Below, one piece after another: positions 1 to 9,598 of a stretch of 64,000 nucleotides of DNA. The DNA comes from Sphingobacteriaceae bacterium (GTDB taxonomy: Bacteria; Bacillota; Sulfobacillia; Thermaerobacterales; RSA17). Numbering within the stretch: position 1 is the first letter of the stretch; every line of letters begins with the position of its first letter. Made by a program: the position numbers and the translations under genes. Location of the stretch: contig DATGRI010000020.1 in assembly GCA_035303785.1 (NCBI GenBank), forward strand, positions 12,308 to 76,307, in the 5' to 3' direction. The notes under the pieces are model-generated. The model saw nothing but the letters and a program-made list of their open reading frames with translations. It was not told where the DNA came from and did no database searches.

Positions 1-1
1 C

Positions 2-487
2 GCTCTGTCGGGCCAGCTCCGTCCTTTTATAAGAGAGAGAGCGCTGGGTGCCGTGGAAGGCCTGCGGGCGGCTCCCGTGGACGGCGCCGCCGCCTACATG
101 GCCCGCCTGGCGGCCAACTGGCTCATGCTCCTGGCCGTGGCCGCCGTCATGACCCCCCTCTTCTTCTCTTTCCTGGGGTGGCAGGGGCCGCCGGTGCCCG
201 GGCTGCCCCTGGCGGGGATGGTGGCCCTGGGCACCTTCGCCGTGTCCACGGTGGCGGTGGCGGCGGCTGCCCTGTCGGTGCAGGGCCGGGGCGCCGAGGG
301 CCTCCTGTCGTTACTGGCCCTGCCCTTGCTGCTCCCCGTCCTCATGTCGGTGGTCATGGCGACGGAAGGGCTGCTGCAAGGCCGGCCCCCGGCGGAATGG
401 CAGGCGTGGTTTCGCCTCCTTATGGCTTGTGGTATCGTATTTTCAATGTTTCCGGCTATACTCCACGATTACCTGATGGAGGTGTAG
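2..487 (+). CDS. ccmB: Heme exporter membrane protein CcmB, C-terminal part (5' end lies outside the window)
   Basis: The frame is open from the window edge with no upstream stop. The product is polytopic and hydrophobic (…GAVEGLRAAPVDGAAAYMARLAANWLMLL…) and sits directly upstream of ccmC. Confidence 0.6.
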   Translation, partial: ALSGQLRPFIRERALGAVEGLRAAPVDGAAAYMARLAANWLMLLAVAAVMTPLFFSFLGWQGPPVPGLPLAGMVALGTFAVSTVAVAAAALSVQGRGAEGLLSLLALPLLLPVLMSVVMATEGLLQGRPPAEWQAWFRLLMACGIVFSMFPAILHDYLMEV

Positions 488-490
488 GGT

Positions 491-1168
491 TTGCGCTGGC
501 TGAAGGTGACCGCAGGGCTCGCCGTGCCCGGCAGTGTCGCCCTCTTTTACGCAGCCTTCATCTTCGCGCCCACGGAAGCATTCATGGGTGACGTGCAGCG
601 CCTCTTCTACATCCACGTCGCCACGGCCTGGAACGCCTACCTGTGCTTTGCCGTGGTGCTCTTCTCCGGGCTGGCCTATCTGTTCCGGCGGGCTCCCCGC
701 TGGGACTGGCTGGGGGCGTCGGCTGCCGAGGTGGGTGTCCTGTTCACCACCGCCACCCTGGTCAGCGGCTCCATCTGGGCCAAGGCCGTCTGGGGCCACT
801 GGTGGACGTGGGAGCCGCGCCTCACCCTCACCTTCATCACCTGGCTCATGTACATCGGCTACTTGATCCTCCGCCGGTCCATCGCCAACCCCGAGGTCCG
901 GAGCCGGACCGCCGCCGTCTACGGTGTGCTGGCCTTCGTCAACATTCCCCTGGTCCATTACTCCGTCCAGTGGTGGCGCTCCATCCACCCCTTCACCATC
1001 GGCTCCGGGCGGGACGCCCTGCACCCCGACATGCGGACGGCTCTGATGATCGCCACCGTAGCCGCCACCTTGCTGGCCGTCACCTTGTTGGGCCTGAGGC
1101 AGAAAACCGCTGTCATCGAAGGACGCCTGGATGCCGGGGGATTGGCCGGCAACGGGCTGAGGGGGTAG
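491..1168 (+). CDS. ccmC: Heme exporter protein CcmC (cytochrome c-type biogenesis, System I)
   Basis: 225-aa membrane protein with the Trp-rich motif WGHWWTWEPRLT. TTG start lies 4 nt after the ccmB stop. Confidence 0.8.
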   Translation: MRWLKVTAGLAVPGSVALFYAAFIFAPTEAFMGDVQRLFYIHVATAWNAYLCFAVVLFSGLAYLFRRAPRWDWLGASAAEVGVLFTTATLVSGSIWAKAVWGHWWTWEPRLTLTFITWLMYIGYLILRRSIANPEVRSRTAAVYGVLAFVNIPLVHYSVQWWRSIHPFTIGSGRDALHPDMRTALMIATVAATLLAVTLLGLRQKTAVIEGRLDAGGLAGNGLRG

Positions 1169-1171
1169 CTC

Positions 1172-1315
1172 GTGGTTTACTTGTTTTTCGGCTATGCGGC
1201 GGTGTTTGTGCTGCTGGCAGGCTATGTGTTTTATTTGTCCCAGCGAATCCAACGGCTGGAACGGTCTTTGGACAAGTTTAACTCCAATGGTAATTCGGGA
1301 AGGGAGAGGCCATGA
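1172..1315 (+). CDS. ccmD: Small single-TM protein, CcmD-like (47 aa; too short for the ORF track)
   Basis: My translation is [50 protein letters not shown] start is 7 nt after GAGGGGG. One TM helix is followed by a charged tail. It lies directly after ccmC and its TGA overlaps the mdh ATG (ATGA). Confidence 0.45.
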   Translation: MVYLFFGYAAVFVLLAGYVFYLSQRIQRLERSLDKFNSNGNSGRERP

Positions 1316-2256
1316 AGCGCAAGAAGATTGCCATCATCGGCGCCGGCATGACCGGTGCCACCCTCGGCCATTGGCTTGCCGCCAAGGAATTGGGGGACAT
1401 CGTATTTATCGATGTTGTACCGGACATGCCCCAGGGCAAGGCTCTGGACCTGGCCCAGGCAGGTCCCATCGAAGGTTTTGATGCCCGCATCGAGGGGAGC
1501 AACGACTATTCGGCCCTGGCAGGCGCCGACATTGTGGCCATTACGGCCGGCTCGCCCCGCAAGCCCGGGATGTCCCGGGCCGATTTGTTGAGCATCAACG
1601 CCAAGATCGTCGGCGATGCGGCCCGGAACGTAGCCAAGTATGCACCCAACGCTTTCATCATCGTTTTGACCAACCCCCTGGACGTAATGACCTACGTGGC
1701 CTTCAAGGCCAGCGGGTTCCCCAAGAACCGGGTCATGGGCCAGTCGGGCGTCTTGGATTCCACCCGCTTCCGGCATTTCATCGCCAGCGAGCTGAACGTA
1801 TCGGTGGAGGACGTAACCGCCCTCGTTCTGGGCGGCCACGGCGACAGCATGGTGCCCCTGGTGCGCTACACCTACGCCGGCGGCATTCCGGTGGAGAAGC
1901 TCATGCCCGCCGACCGGCTGGAGGCCCTGGTAGACCGCACCCGCCACGGCGGCGCCGAAATCGTGAACCTGCTCAAGACCGGCAGCGCCTTCTACGCCCC
2001 CTCGGCGGCGGTGGCCCAGATGATCGAGGCCATCATCAAGGACAAGAAGCGCATTCTGCCCGTGGCTGCTTACCTTGAAGGAGAGTACGGCCTGTCGGGC
2101 CACTACATGGGCGTGCCCGTGGTGCTGGGCGGCAACGGTGTGGAACGGATTATCGAATTGGAACTGACAGAGGCTGAGAGGGAAGCTTTCCAGCGGTCAG
2201 CCGAAGAAGTGCAGGAGACCCAGAAGGAATGGGAGCAGATGGCGGACCAGGCCTGA
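1312..2256 (+). CDS. mdh: Malate dehydrogenase (LDH-like MDH family)
   Basis: N-terminal Rossmann motif [15 protein letters not shown]. 314 aa with full-length similarity to bacterial NAD-MDH. Confidence 0.9.
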   Translation: MKRKKIAIIGAGMTGATLGHWLAAKELGDIVFIDVVPDMPQGKALDLAQAGPIEGFDARIEGSNDYSALAGADIVAITAGSPRKPGMSRADLLSINAKIVGDAARNVAKYAPNAFIIVLTNPLDVMTYVAFKASGFPKNRVMGQSGVLDSTRFRHFIASELNVSVEDVTALVLGGHGDSMVPLVRYTYAGGIPVEKLMPADRLEALVDRTRHGGAEIVNLLKTGSAFYAPSAAVAQMIEAIIKDKKRILPVAAYLEGEYGLSGHYMGVPVVLGGNGVERIIELELTEAEREAFQRSAEEVQETQKEWEQMADQA

Positions 2257-2316
2257 GGCCTGGCCGGGCGGCTCCCCCAGCGGGAAGGGGTCAGGGCGCC
2301 AAAGGAGAGGGTAGCG

Positions 2317-3609
2317 ATGGCAGTGGTTGGCCGCGATACAGACCATTTTCACCGTCTGGCCCTGGACTATCATCGACGGGCCCGCGGCAAAGTCAAAATA
2401 GCCAGCAAGGTCTCGCTGCAAGGCCGCGATGACCTGAGCCTGGCTTATACTCCGGGTGTGGCCGCCCCTTGCCGGGAAATCGCCAGGGAGCCCGAACTGT
2501 CCTTCGAGTACACGGCCAGGGGCAACATGGTGGCGGTGGTTTCCGACGGCACCGCCGTCCTAGGCCTGGGTGACATCGGACCGGAAGCAGCCATGCCCGT
2601 CATGGAGGGCAAGGCGCTGCTGTTCAAGATCTTCGCCGATGTGGACGCCGTGCCCCTCTGTCTCGGCATCCGGGAAGTGGGGGCCCTGGTGGATGCCGTG
2701 GCGGCTTTGGAGCCCACCTTCGGCGGCATCAACCTGGAAGACATATCGGCGCCCCGCTGCTTCGAAGTGGAAGCCCGGCTGAAGCGGCAGGTGAAGGTGC
2801 CGGTTTTCCACGATGACCAGCACGGCACCGCCATCGTCTCGGCGGCGGCGCTGCTCAACGCCATGCAGGTGGTGGAGAAGGATCTGGAATCCGCCAGCGT
2901 GGTCATCAACGGCGCCGGGGCCGCCGGCGTGGCCACGGCCTACCTGGTGCGGGATCTGGGCGTGGAAAACGTCATCCTGTGCGACTCCAAGGGGGCCATC
3001 TACGAGGGCCGTCCCTACGGCATGAATCCCTATAAGGAAAAAATCGCCCGGGTGACCAACCCCGAAGGCCGGCAAGGCACCTTGGAAGAGGTCATCCGCG
3101 GCGCCGACGTGTTCATCGGCCTCAGCGTGGCCGGCGCCGTGACGGCCGACATGGTTCGGAGCATGGCCCCGGGGGCGGTCATCATGGCCATGGCCAACCC
3201 CATACCGGAGATTTATCCCGAAGAGGCCCTGGCGGCCGGAGCTAAGGTTGTGTGCACCGGCCGCTCCGACTATCCCAACCAAATCAACAACGTGTTGGCC
3301 TTCCCCGGCGTCTTCCGGGGGGCCTTGGACGTGCGGGCCACCGACATCAACGACGAGATGAAGCTGGCCGCAGCCAAGGCCATCGCCGACCTGGCGGCCT
3401 CCAACGGTCTCCACCCCGACAGCATCATCCCCGAAGTCTGGGATCGGCGGGTGGCGCCCATGGTGGCGGTGGCCGTGGCGGGGGCCGCCATCGAGACGGG
3501 GGTGGCCCAGCAGCCCGTGCCGCTGCAGGGCCTGTACGACCAGACCGTGGCCCGGGTTGAGCAGGTATGGGAATCCCTTAGCTGGCAGCAAAGGGGGAAC
3601 TCTGAATGA
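2317..3609 (+). CDS. NAD(P)-dependent malic enzyme (short form)
   Basis: Contains LSLAYTPGVA, FGGINLEDISAPRCFE, VFHDDQHGTAIV and NGAGAAG motifs. RBS AAAGGAGAGGG lies upstream. Confidence 0.85.
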   Translation: MAVVGRDTDHFHRLALDYHRRARGKVKIASKVSLQGRDDLSLAYTPGVAAPCREIAREPELSFEYTARGNMVAVVSDGTAVLGLGDIGPEAAMPVMEGKALLFKIFADVDAVPLCLGIREVGALVDAVAALEPTFGGINLEDISAPRCFEVEARLKRQVKVPVFHDDQHGTAIVSAAALLNAMQVVEKDLESASVVINGAGAAGVATAYLVRDLGVENVILCDSKGAIYEGRPYGMNPYKEKIARVTNPEGRQGTLEEVIRGADVFIGLSVAGAVTADMVRSMAPGAVIMAMANPIPEIYPEEALAAGAKVVCTGRSDYPNQINNVLAFPGVFRGALDVRATDINDEMKLAAAKAIADLAASNGLHPDSIIPEVWDRRVAPMVAVAVAGAAIETGVAQQPVPLQGLYDQTVARVEQVWESLSWQQRGNSE

Positions 3610-4721
3610 AGCTGTTTGAGTATATGGCGAAGGGGGTCTTCACCCAGTACGGCATCCCCGTGCCCAAGGGCAAGATGGTCACCACCCCCGAAGAAGCGGG
3701 GGCGGCTGCGGCGGAAATCGGCCCCGCAGCCATCAAGGTGCAGATCTTGGCCGGTGGCCGGGGCAAGGCTGGGGGCATCCGCTTCGCCGACGATCCCGCA
3801 GGCGCCGAGGCCGAGGCCCGGCAGATGCTGGGCATGGAGCTCCACGGCTACACCGTGGAAAAGCTTTTGGTGGAAGAAAAGCTGTCCATCGACGGGGAGC
3901 TTTACCTGGCCGTCACCGTGGACTCCAGCGCCAAGAAGCCGTTGATCATGGCCAGCGCCAGCGGCGGTGTCAACATCGAGGAAGTGCCCGAAGGCCAGAT
4001 CATCAAGCGGCATGTGGATGTGCCCTGGGGCATGCGCCCCTACATCGGCCGGGATCTGGCCCGCCGCCTGGGCTTGGAGGGCGGCCTGGCCCGGCAGTTC
4101 GCCGACATCGCCGTGAAGTTGTACAAGGTTTTTGAATCCACCGATGCCGAGATGGCCGAGATCAACCCCCTGGTCATCTCGGGCGACCGGCTCATCGCCG
4201 CCGACGGGCGGCTCAACATCGACGACGAAGCATTGTTCCGCCAGCCCGACCTGCCCCGCACCAGCGAGGCCACGCCCCTGGAGGCCAAGGTGCGGGAAAT
4301 CGGCCTGTCCTACGTGGAGTTGGACGGCGACATCGCCGTCATGGCCAACGGCGCCGGCATCACCATGGCCACCATCGACGTCTTGGCCCGCTACGGCGGC
4401 AAGGCCATGAACTTCCTGGACGCCGGCGGCGGCGCCGCCGTGGAGCCCATGGCCCAGGCCATGGGCGTCCTGGTTTCCACCAACCCCAAGGCCATCCTGG
4501 TCAACATCTTCGGCGGCATCACCCGCTGTGACGACGTGGCCAAGGCCATCATCCATGTGAAGAAGAACCAGGGCATTCCCGTGCCCCTGGTGGTGCGCCT
4601 GGTGGGCACCAACGAGGAGGAAGGCGTGGAACTTCTCCGCCAGGAAGGCATCCAGGCCTACCGCTCCATGGATGAAGCCGCAGCCCGTGTGGTGGAACTG
4701 GCCCGAGGGGGTGGCAACTGA
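3606..4721 (+). CDS. sucC: Succinate--CoA ligase (ADP-forming) beta subunit
   Basis: Starts MKLFEYMAKGVFTQYGIPVP and contains MANGAGITMATID. ATGA overlap with the malic enzyme stop. Confidence 0.95.
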   Translation: MKLFEYMAKGVFTQYGIPVPKGKMVTTPEEAGAAAAEIGPAAIKVQILAGGRGKAGGIRFADDPAGAEAEARQMLGMELHGYTVEKLLVEEKLSIDGELYLAVTVDSSAKKPLIMASASGGVNIEEVPEGQIIKRHVDVPWGMRPYIGRDLARRLGLEGGLARQFADIAVKLYKVFESTDAEMAEINPLVISGDRLIAADGRLNIDDEALFRQPDLPRTSEATPLEAKVREIGLSYVELDGDIAVMANGAGITMATIDVLARYGGKAMNFLDAGGGAAVEPMAQAMGVLVSTNPKAILVNIFGGITRCDDVAKAIIHVKKNQGIPVPLVVRLVGTNEEEGVELLRQEGIQAYRSMDEAAARVVELARGGGN

Positions 4722-5587
4722 TGGCGGTCTTGTTGGATGAAAAGGTTAGGGTTGTAGTCCAGGGCATCACCGGCAACCAGGGCAGCTTCCATACGGGCCA
4801 GATGCTGGAGTACGGCACCCGCATCGTGGCGGGCGTGTCCCCCGGCCGGGAAGGCCAGGAAGTCCATGGGGTCCCCGTCTACGACACCGTGGAGCAGGCC
4901 GTAGAACTGCACGGGGCCACCGCCTCCATCCTGTTCGTGCCCGCTCCCTTCACCGCTGATGCCGCCTTTGAGGCCATCGACGCGGGCATCAAGCTGGTGG
5001 TGGCCATCACTGAGCACGTGCCCCTGAAGGACGCCCTGGAAGTCACCGCCTTCGCCCGCAGCCGCGGGGCGACGGTCATCGGGCCCAACACCTTCGGCAT
5101 CATCTCGCCGGGCAAGAGCAAGATCGGCATCATGCCCAACCACATCTACAAGCCCGGCCCCGTGGGGATCGTGGCCCGCAGCGGCACCTTGAGCTACGAA
5201 ATCGCCGCCGGGCTCACCGACGCCGGCTACGGCCAGACTACGGTCGTAGGCATGGGCGGCGACCGGGTTGTAGGGGTATCATTTATTGAGATGCTCCAGG
5301 CTTTCGAGAAGGATCCCGACACCAAGGCGGTGGTGCTGGTGGGCGAGATCGGCGGCACCGCCGAGGAAGAAGCCGCGGAGTACATCAAGGATATGTCCAA
5401 GCCCGTGGTGGCCTACTTGGCCGGCAAGGAGGCGCCTCCGGGCAAGCGGATGGGCCATGCCGGGGCCATCATCGAACGGGGCCGCGGCACTTACGAGAGC
5501 AAGGTCAAGGCCCTGTCGGCGGCGGGCGCCGCTGTGGCGGAGCTGCCCTGGCAGGTGGCCGAGCACGTTAAAGAAATACTGGGGTAA
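4721..5587 (+). CDS. sucD: Succinate--CoA ligase alpha subunit
   Basis: Contains VVVQGITGNQGSFH, SRSGTLSYE and the phosphohistidine region GHAGAII. TGATG junction with sucC. Confidence 0.95.
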   Translation: MAVLLDEKVRVVVQGITGNQGSFHTGQMLEYGTRIVAGVSPGREGQEVHGVPVYDTVEQAVELHGATASILFVPAPFTADAAFEAIDAGIKLVVAITEHVPLKDALEVTAFARSRGATVIGPNTFGIISPGKSKIGIMPNHIYKPGPVGIVARSGTLSYEIAAGLTDAGYGQTTVVGMGGDRVVGVSFIEMLQAFEKDPDTKAVVLVGEIGGTAEEEAAEYIKDMSKPVVAYLAGKEAPPGKRMGHAGAIIERGRGTYESKVKALSAAGAAVAELPWQVAEHVKEILG

Positions 5588-5602
5588 GGGGTTGCCTACG
5601 GC

Positions 5603-6934
5603 ATGACACTGCTGGTCCTGGGGTTGAATCACCGGACGGCCCCTGTGGCAGTGCGGGAACGGTTCGCCTGGACGGGCGCCCAAGCCGCCGAGGCCCGCAA
5701 CGCTCTGGCCCGCTTGGACGGGGTCAGGGAATCGGCCTGGCTGGGTACCTGCAATCGTTCCGAGATATACGCGGTGGTGGATCCGTACCATGTGGGCTTG
5801 GAGTCCATTCTGGACTTCCTGAGCCGGTGGGGGGACATGCCCCTTTCGGAGCTGCGCCCCCTGCTCTACAGTTACCGGGACCATGAAGCTGCCCGGCATT
5901 TGTTCCGCGTCGCCTGCGGGCTGGACGCCATGGTGGTGGGCGAAGGGGAGATCCTGGGCCAGGTGCGCCAGGCCTACACCCAGGCCCAAACCGCCGGTAC
6001 GGTGGACAAGTTGCTCCACCAGCTGTTCAGCGAAGCCCTGCGGGTAGGCAAGCGGGCCAGGACGGAAACGGCCATCGGCCAGCACGCCCTTTCCGTCAGC
6101 GGGGTAGCGGTGCAGTGGGCCAAAGACCTGTTCCCCGATTTGGAAAATCGCGTGGTGATGATCGTCGGCGCCGGGGAGACGGCCGAAGGGGTGCTGCGCA
6201 GCCTCCAGGCCGCCGGCGCCCGGGCGGTGGTGGTGGCCAACCGCACCGCCGGCCGGGCCCTGGCCCTGGCCGAGGAGTACGGCGGCCGGGCCATCGGCCT
6301 GGACGAACTGCCGGCCTACATCCCGGCGGCCGACATCATCATCAGTTCCACCAGTTCCCGGGGCTGGATCCTGACCCGGGACATGCTGGCCAGGGCCCTG
6401 CAGGCCAGCGGCCGGTGGGGCGAGGGCCCAGACCCCGCCGGCAAGGGCGGCCTGTACATCATCGACCTGGCCGTGCCCCGGGATGTGGACCCGGCGGCGG
6501 CCCAACTCCCCGGCGTGCGGCTGGTGGACATCGACCAGATCTCGGTGGCCGTCAACGGCAACCTGCGGGCCCGGCAGCTGGAAATTCCCCAAGTGGAAGC
6601 CATCATCCAGGATGAAGTCAAGCACTTCGGCCACTGGCTCAGCACCCAGGAGGTAGTGCCCGTCATCCGGTCCCTGCGGACCATGGCCTATGAAATCCGG
6701 GAGGCGGAACTGCGCCGCATCTTCAACAAGATTCCGGACCTGGACGAGCGCCAGCGGCAAATCATCGAGACGGCCACGGCGGCCATGATCAACAAGGTTC
6801 TCAGCCATCCCACGGCCCTGCTGCGGGAGTGGGCCGGCCAGGACGAGGGCCGCTGGTACGCCAAGGCCGTCAGCGAGCTGTTTAACCTGCCGGCGGGCGA
6901 CCAGGAGCCGCCCCAGGCGCCGAAGGTCGGTTAG
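5603..6934 (+). CDS. hemA: Glutamyl-tRNA reductase
   Basis: Starts MTLLVLGLNHRTAPVAVRERF, with catalytic TCNRSEIY and NAD motif VGAGETAEG. Confidence 0.9.
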   Translation: MTLLVLGLNHRTAPVAVRERFAWTGAQAAEARNALARLDGVRESAWLGTCNRSEIYAVVDPYHVGLESILDFLSRWGDMPLSELRPLLYSYRDHEAARHLFRVACGLDAMVVGEGEILGQVRQAYTQAQTAGTVDKLLHQLFSEALRVGKRARTETAIGQHALSVSGVAVQWAKDLFPDLENRVVMIVGAGETAEGVLRSLQAAGARAVVVANRTAGRALALAEEYGGRAIGLDELPAYIPAADIIISSTSSRGWILTRDMLARALQASGRWGEGPDPAGKGGLYIIDLAVPRDVDPAAAQLPGVRLVDIDQISVAVNGNLRARQLEIPQVEAIIQDEVKHFGHWLSTQEVVPVIRSLRTMAYEIREAELRRIFNKIPDLDERQRQIIETATAAMINKVLSHPTALLREWAGQDEGRWYAKAVSELFNLPAGDQEPPQAPKVG

Positions 6935-6938
6935 GGGC

Positions 6939-7925
6939 ATGCCCGACGTCCTGCGCATCGGCACCCGGGGCAGCCCCTTGGCCCGCACCCAGGCCGCCAT
7001 GGTGGGGGCCGCCATCCGGGAGCGGCATCCCCATCTGGAAGTCACTTTGGTAACCATCGAAACCTTGGGCGACCGCCGCCGGGACGTGCCCTTGTCGGCT
7101 CTGGGCAGCCCCGGCGTTTTCGTCAAGGAGATCCAGCGGGCCCTGCAGCAGGGTCAAATCGACGTGGCGGTGCACAGCGCCAAGGATTTGCCCTCTTTCC
7201 AGCCCGACGACCTGATGCTGGCCGCTTTCCCGGCCCGGGAGGACCCCCGGGACGTGGTGGTGCTGCCCCAAGGCCGGGAGGGCCCGGCTGCCGCCGCCCT
7301 GGCGGAAGGGGCCTCGGCGGGGGCGGTGCTGGAACTGCTGCCCCCGGGGGCGGTGGTGGGCACCAGCAGTGTGCGCCGCCGGGCCGTGCTGGCCCGCAAC
7401 TTTCCCCACCTGAAGACGGAGCCCATCCGGGGCAACTTGGACACCCGCCTGAAGAAGCTGGCAGCGGGGGAGTACGACGCCATCATCCTGGCGGCGTCGG
7501 GTTTGAAGCGTCTCGGTTTGGCATCTCTGCCCCTGGCCTACTTTGATGTGACGGAAATGATCCCCGCCGTGGCCCAGGGAGCCCTGGCGGTGGAGGTGCG
7601 GCGGGACGACGAGCAGGCCGCCGCCTGGGTCCGCTCCATCAACGACGAGGCCACGGAAAAGGCGGTCCTGGCGGAGCGGGCCTTTCTGTCGGTCATGGGC
7701 GGCACCTGCGCCGTGCCCCTGGGCGCCCTGGCCCAGGTAGAAGGCGACCAGATCACCATGACCACCTTCGCCGCCGATCCTAAAGGCGAGCCTTTTCTGA
7801 CCGCCGGCGGCAGCGGCCCGGCCGGTGAGGCGGAAAAATTGGGCCGCAGTTTGGGAGAACAGCTTTGGGCCGCGGGGGGCCGGGAGATCCTGGCCGCCCA
7901 CACTTCAGGGCCCGGAACGGACTGA
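6939..7925 (+). CDS. hemC: Hydroxymethylbilane synthase (porphobilinogen deaminase)
   Basis: Contains LRIGTRGSPLARTQA, GTSSVRR, IRGNLDTRLKKL and the cofactor Cys region GGTCAVP. Confidence 0.9.
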   Translation: MPDVLRIGTRGSPLARTQAAMVGAAIRERHPHLEVTLVTIETLGDRRRDVPLSALGSPGVFVKEIQRALQQGQIDVAVHSAKDLPSFQPDDLMLAAFPAREDPRDVVVLPQGREGPAAAALAEGASAGAVLELLPPGAVVGTSSVRRRAVLARNFPHLKTEPIRGNLDTRLKKLAAGEYDAIILAASGLKRLGLASLPLAYFDVTEMIPAVAQGALAVEVRRDDEQAAAWVRSINDEATEKAVLAERAFLSVMGGTCAVPLGALAQVEGDQITMTTFAADPKGEPFLTAGGSGPAGEAEKLGRSLGEQLWAAGGREILAAHTSGPGTD

Positions 7926-7934
7926 GGGGCGGGC

Positions 7935-8753
7935 CTAAGGGGCGGGACCCAGAACCCGGGCCAGGGCCGCCACCAGTTCTGACGCCAGGGCGTGGCGGGG
8001 AACCAAGTCCACCGGCAGGCCCCGGGCCCGGCCGGCGTCGGCGGTGTTGGGCCCGATGTAGGCCAGAAGAGGCTTCTTTTGCAGGCTCCCTCTTTCCTCA
8101 AGCTGCTGCCAGACGGGCGCAAACACCGTGACCGCCGAAGGGCTGGTCAAGGTGACGGCGTCCAGGTCGCCTTCCGTAAGAAGTTGGGCCAGGGGCTCCT
8201 GCTGGTCGTACAGGAGATGGGTACGGTAGGCTTCTACTTCCGTGACCCGGCGGCCGGCGGCCTGGAGGACGGCGGGCAGTTGGGGCACCGCCCGGTCGCT
8301 GCGGGGCAGGAGAAAATGGTCGCCGGGCCGGGATTGGGCCAACAGTTCCTGGGCCAGTTCCTGCCACCGGAATTTGGTGGGCATGAGCCGGGCCTGGGGG
8401 CCCCACCGGGCCAGGGCCGCTGCGGTGCCGGGGCCTACGGCGGCCAGGGAGCAGCGGCTCAAGGCTTCGGCGGCCTGGGCGCCCTTAAGGTCTTTCAAGC
8501 GGGACAAGGTGAAGTCAACGGCATTGGGGCTGGTGAACACCAGCCAGTGGACCTGGTCCAGGCCGGCCAGGGCCCGGTCCAAGGGAGCCGGGTCCGCCGG
8601 GGGGCCCAGGGCGGTCAGGGGAAGGCATAGGGCCGTGCCCCCGTAGTCGCGGACCATGGCGGCCATTTCCCCCGCCTGGTGCCGGGCGCGGGTGATGAGC
8701 ACCCGCCGGCCCGCCAGGGAAAGGGGCTCGGACAGGGGTTCCTCTTGTTCCAA
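7935..8753 (-). CDS. hemD: Uroporphyrinogen-III synthase
   Basis: The C-terminal ~270 aa of the 497-aa minus ORF match HemD (RRVLITRARHQ…, LVFTSPNAV, AVGPGTAAAL, LTSPSAV). I chose the TTG start at 8753, which follows GGGAGGAG. The longer N-terminus would run antisense through sfsA. Confidence 0.7.
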   Translation of the reverse strand: MEQEEPLSEPLSLAGRRVLITRARHQAGEMAAMVRDYGGTALCLPLTALGPPADPAPLDRALAGLDQVHWLVFTSPNAVDFTLSRLKDLKGAQAAEALSRCSLAAVGPGTAAALARWGPQARLMPTKFRWQELAQELLAQSRPGDHFLLPRSDRAVPQLPAVLQAAGRRVTEVEAYRTHLLYDQQEPLAQLLTEGDLDAVTLTSPSAVTVFAPVWQQLEERGSLQKKPLLAYIGPNTADAGRARGLPVDLVPRHALASELVAALARVLGPAP

Positions 8754-8834
8754 CGCACCATGCTCCTCCCGTGCCGGCTCTTGCTCCTCGCGGTTCGACG
8801 TCAGGATATCATACAGGAAACGGGAGGATGCCCG

Positions 8835-9563
8835 GTGGCCGAAACCTTTGCCCGGGGCGCCTGCGGGGTGGAGTGGCCCCAGCCCCTGGCCGGGGGCCGC
8901 TTTGTCCGGCGGCCCAACCGCTTCGCCGTGGAGATCGAGACGGAGGCGGGGGAAGCCTTGACCCTCCACCTGCCCAACTCCGGCCGCATGACGGAACTGC
9001 TGGTGCCGGGGGCGCCGGTGCTGTACCATCCCAGTCGCCGGGAGGGCCGCCGCACCGCCGGCGACCTGCTGCTCATCCGTCACGAAGGCCGCTGGGTCTC
9101 GGTGGACGCCAGGATGCCCAACCATTTGTTCCGCGCCTGCTTCCAGGGGGGCGCCCTGCTCGGATTCGAGGAATATACGGAACTCCAGGCGGAGGTGGCC
9201 CTGGCGGGCAGCCGCATCGATTTCCTGCTCACGGGTCCGGGCCGGCGCTGTTGGGTGGAAACAAAGTCTTGTAATCTGGTGGAGGAGGGGACGGCGCTTT
9301 TTCCCGATGCGCCCACCCTCAGGGGCACCCGTCATTTGCTGGAACTGCAGCAGGCCGTGGCGGCCGGCGACCGGGGCGCCGTCATCTTTTTCATCCAGAG
9401 GGACGACGCCCGCCGTTTCAGCCCTCACCGGCAGGCGGACCCGGACTTCGCCGACGCCCTGGCCGCAGCGGCGGCCGCGGGGGTGGCGGTATCAGCCTTC
9501 CGGTGCCGGGTGGATCCCCAAGCCATTCAAGTTTTGGATCGAGTACCGGTGGAACTGGCCTGA
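8835..9563 (+). CDS. sfsA: Sugar fermentation stimulation protein A family (SfsA, nuclease-like fold)
   Basis: Contains RFVRRPNRFAVEIE, HLPNSGRMTELL, RIDFLL, VETKSCNL and FPDAPTLRGTRHL. GTG at 8835 is 7 nt after GGGAGGA and gives a typical length of ~242 aa. Confidence 0.75.
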   Translation: MAETFARGACGVEWPQPLAGGRFVRRPNRFAVEIETEAGEALTLHLPNSGRMTELLVPGAPVLYHPSRREGRRTAGDLLLIRHEGRWVSVDARMPNHLFRACFQGGALLGFEEYTELQAEVALAGSRIDFLLTGPGRRCWVETKSCNLVEEGTALFPDAPTLRGTRHLLELQQAVAAGDRGAVIFFIQRDDARRFSPHRQADPDFADALAAAAAAGVAVSAFRCRVDPQAIQVLDRVPVELA

Positions 9564-9598
9564 GCAGGCCGGCCACCAATGGGAGACGGGGTGGGGCC

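Noticed and set aside
5279-7126. Long antisense or off-frame ORFs, for example 5279-7126(-), 10782-13256(-), 12730-14088(-), 19417-21447(-), 22001-23797(-), 28360-29889(-), 35379-37553(-), 40133-42805(-), 41575-43224(+ N-terminal part) and 58081-59742(-)
   Set aside because: Each overlaps a well-supported conserved gene in another frame or strand. Each shows low-complexity Arg/Gly/Pro-rich composition and lacks an RBS.
8754-9428. N-terminal 225 codons of the 497-aa minus ORF containing hemD
   Set aside because: It lies antisense to sfsA and has no HemD-like sequence. An RBS-supported TTG at 8753 gives a normal-length HemD.
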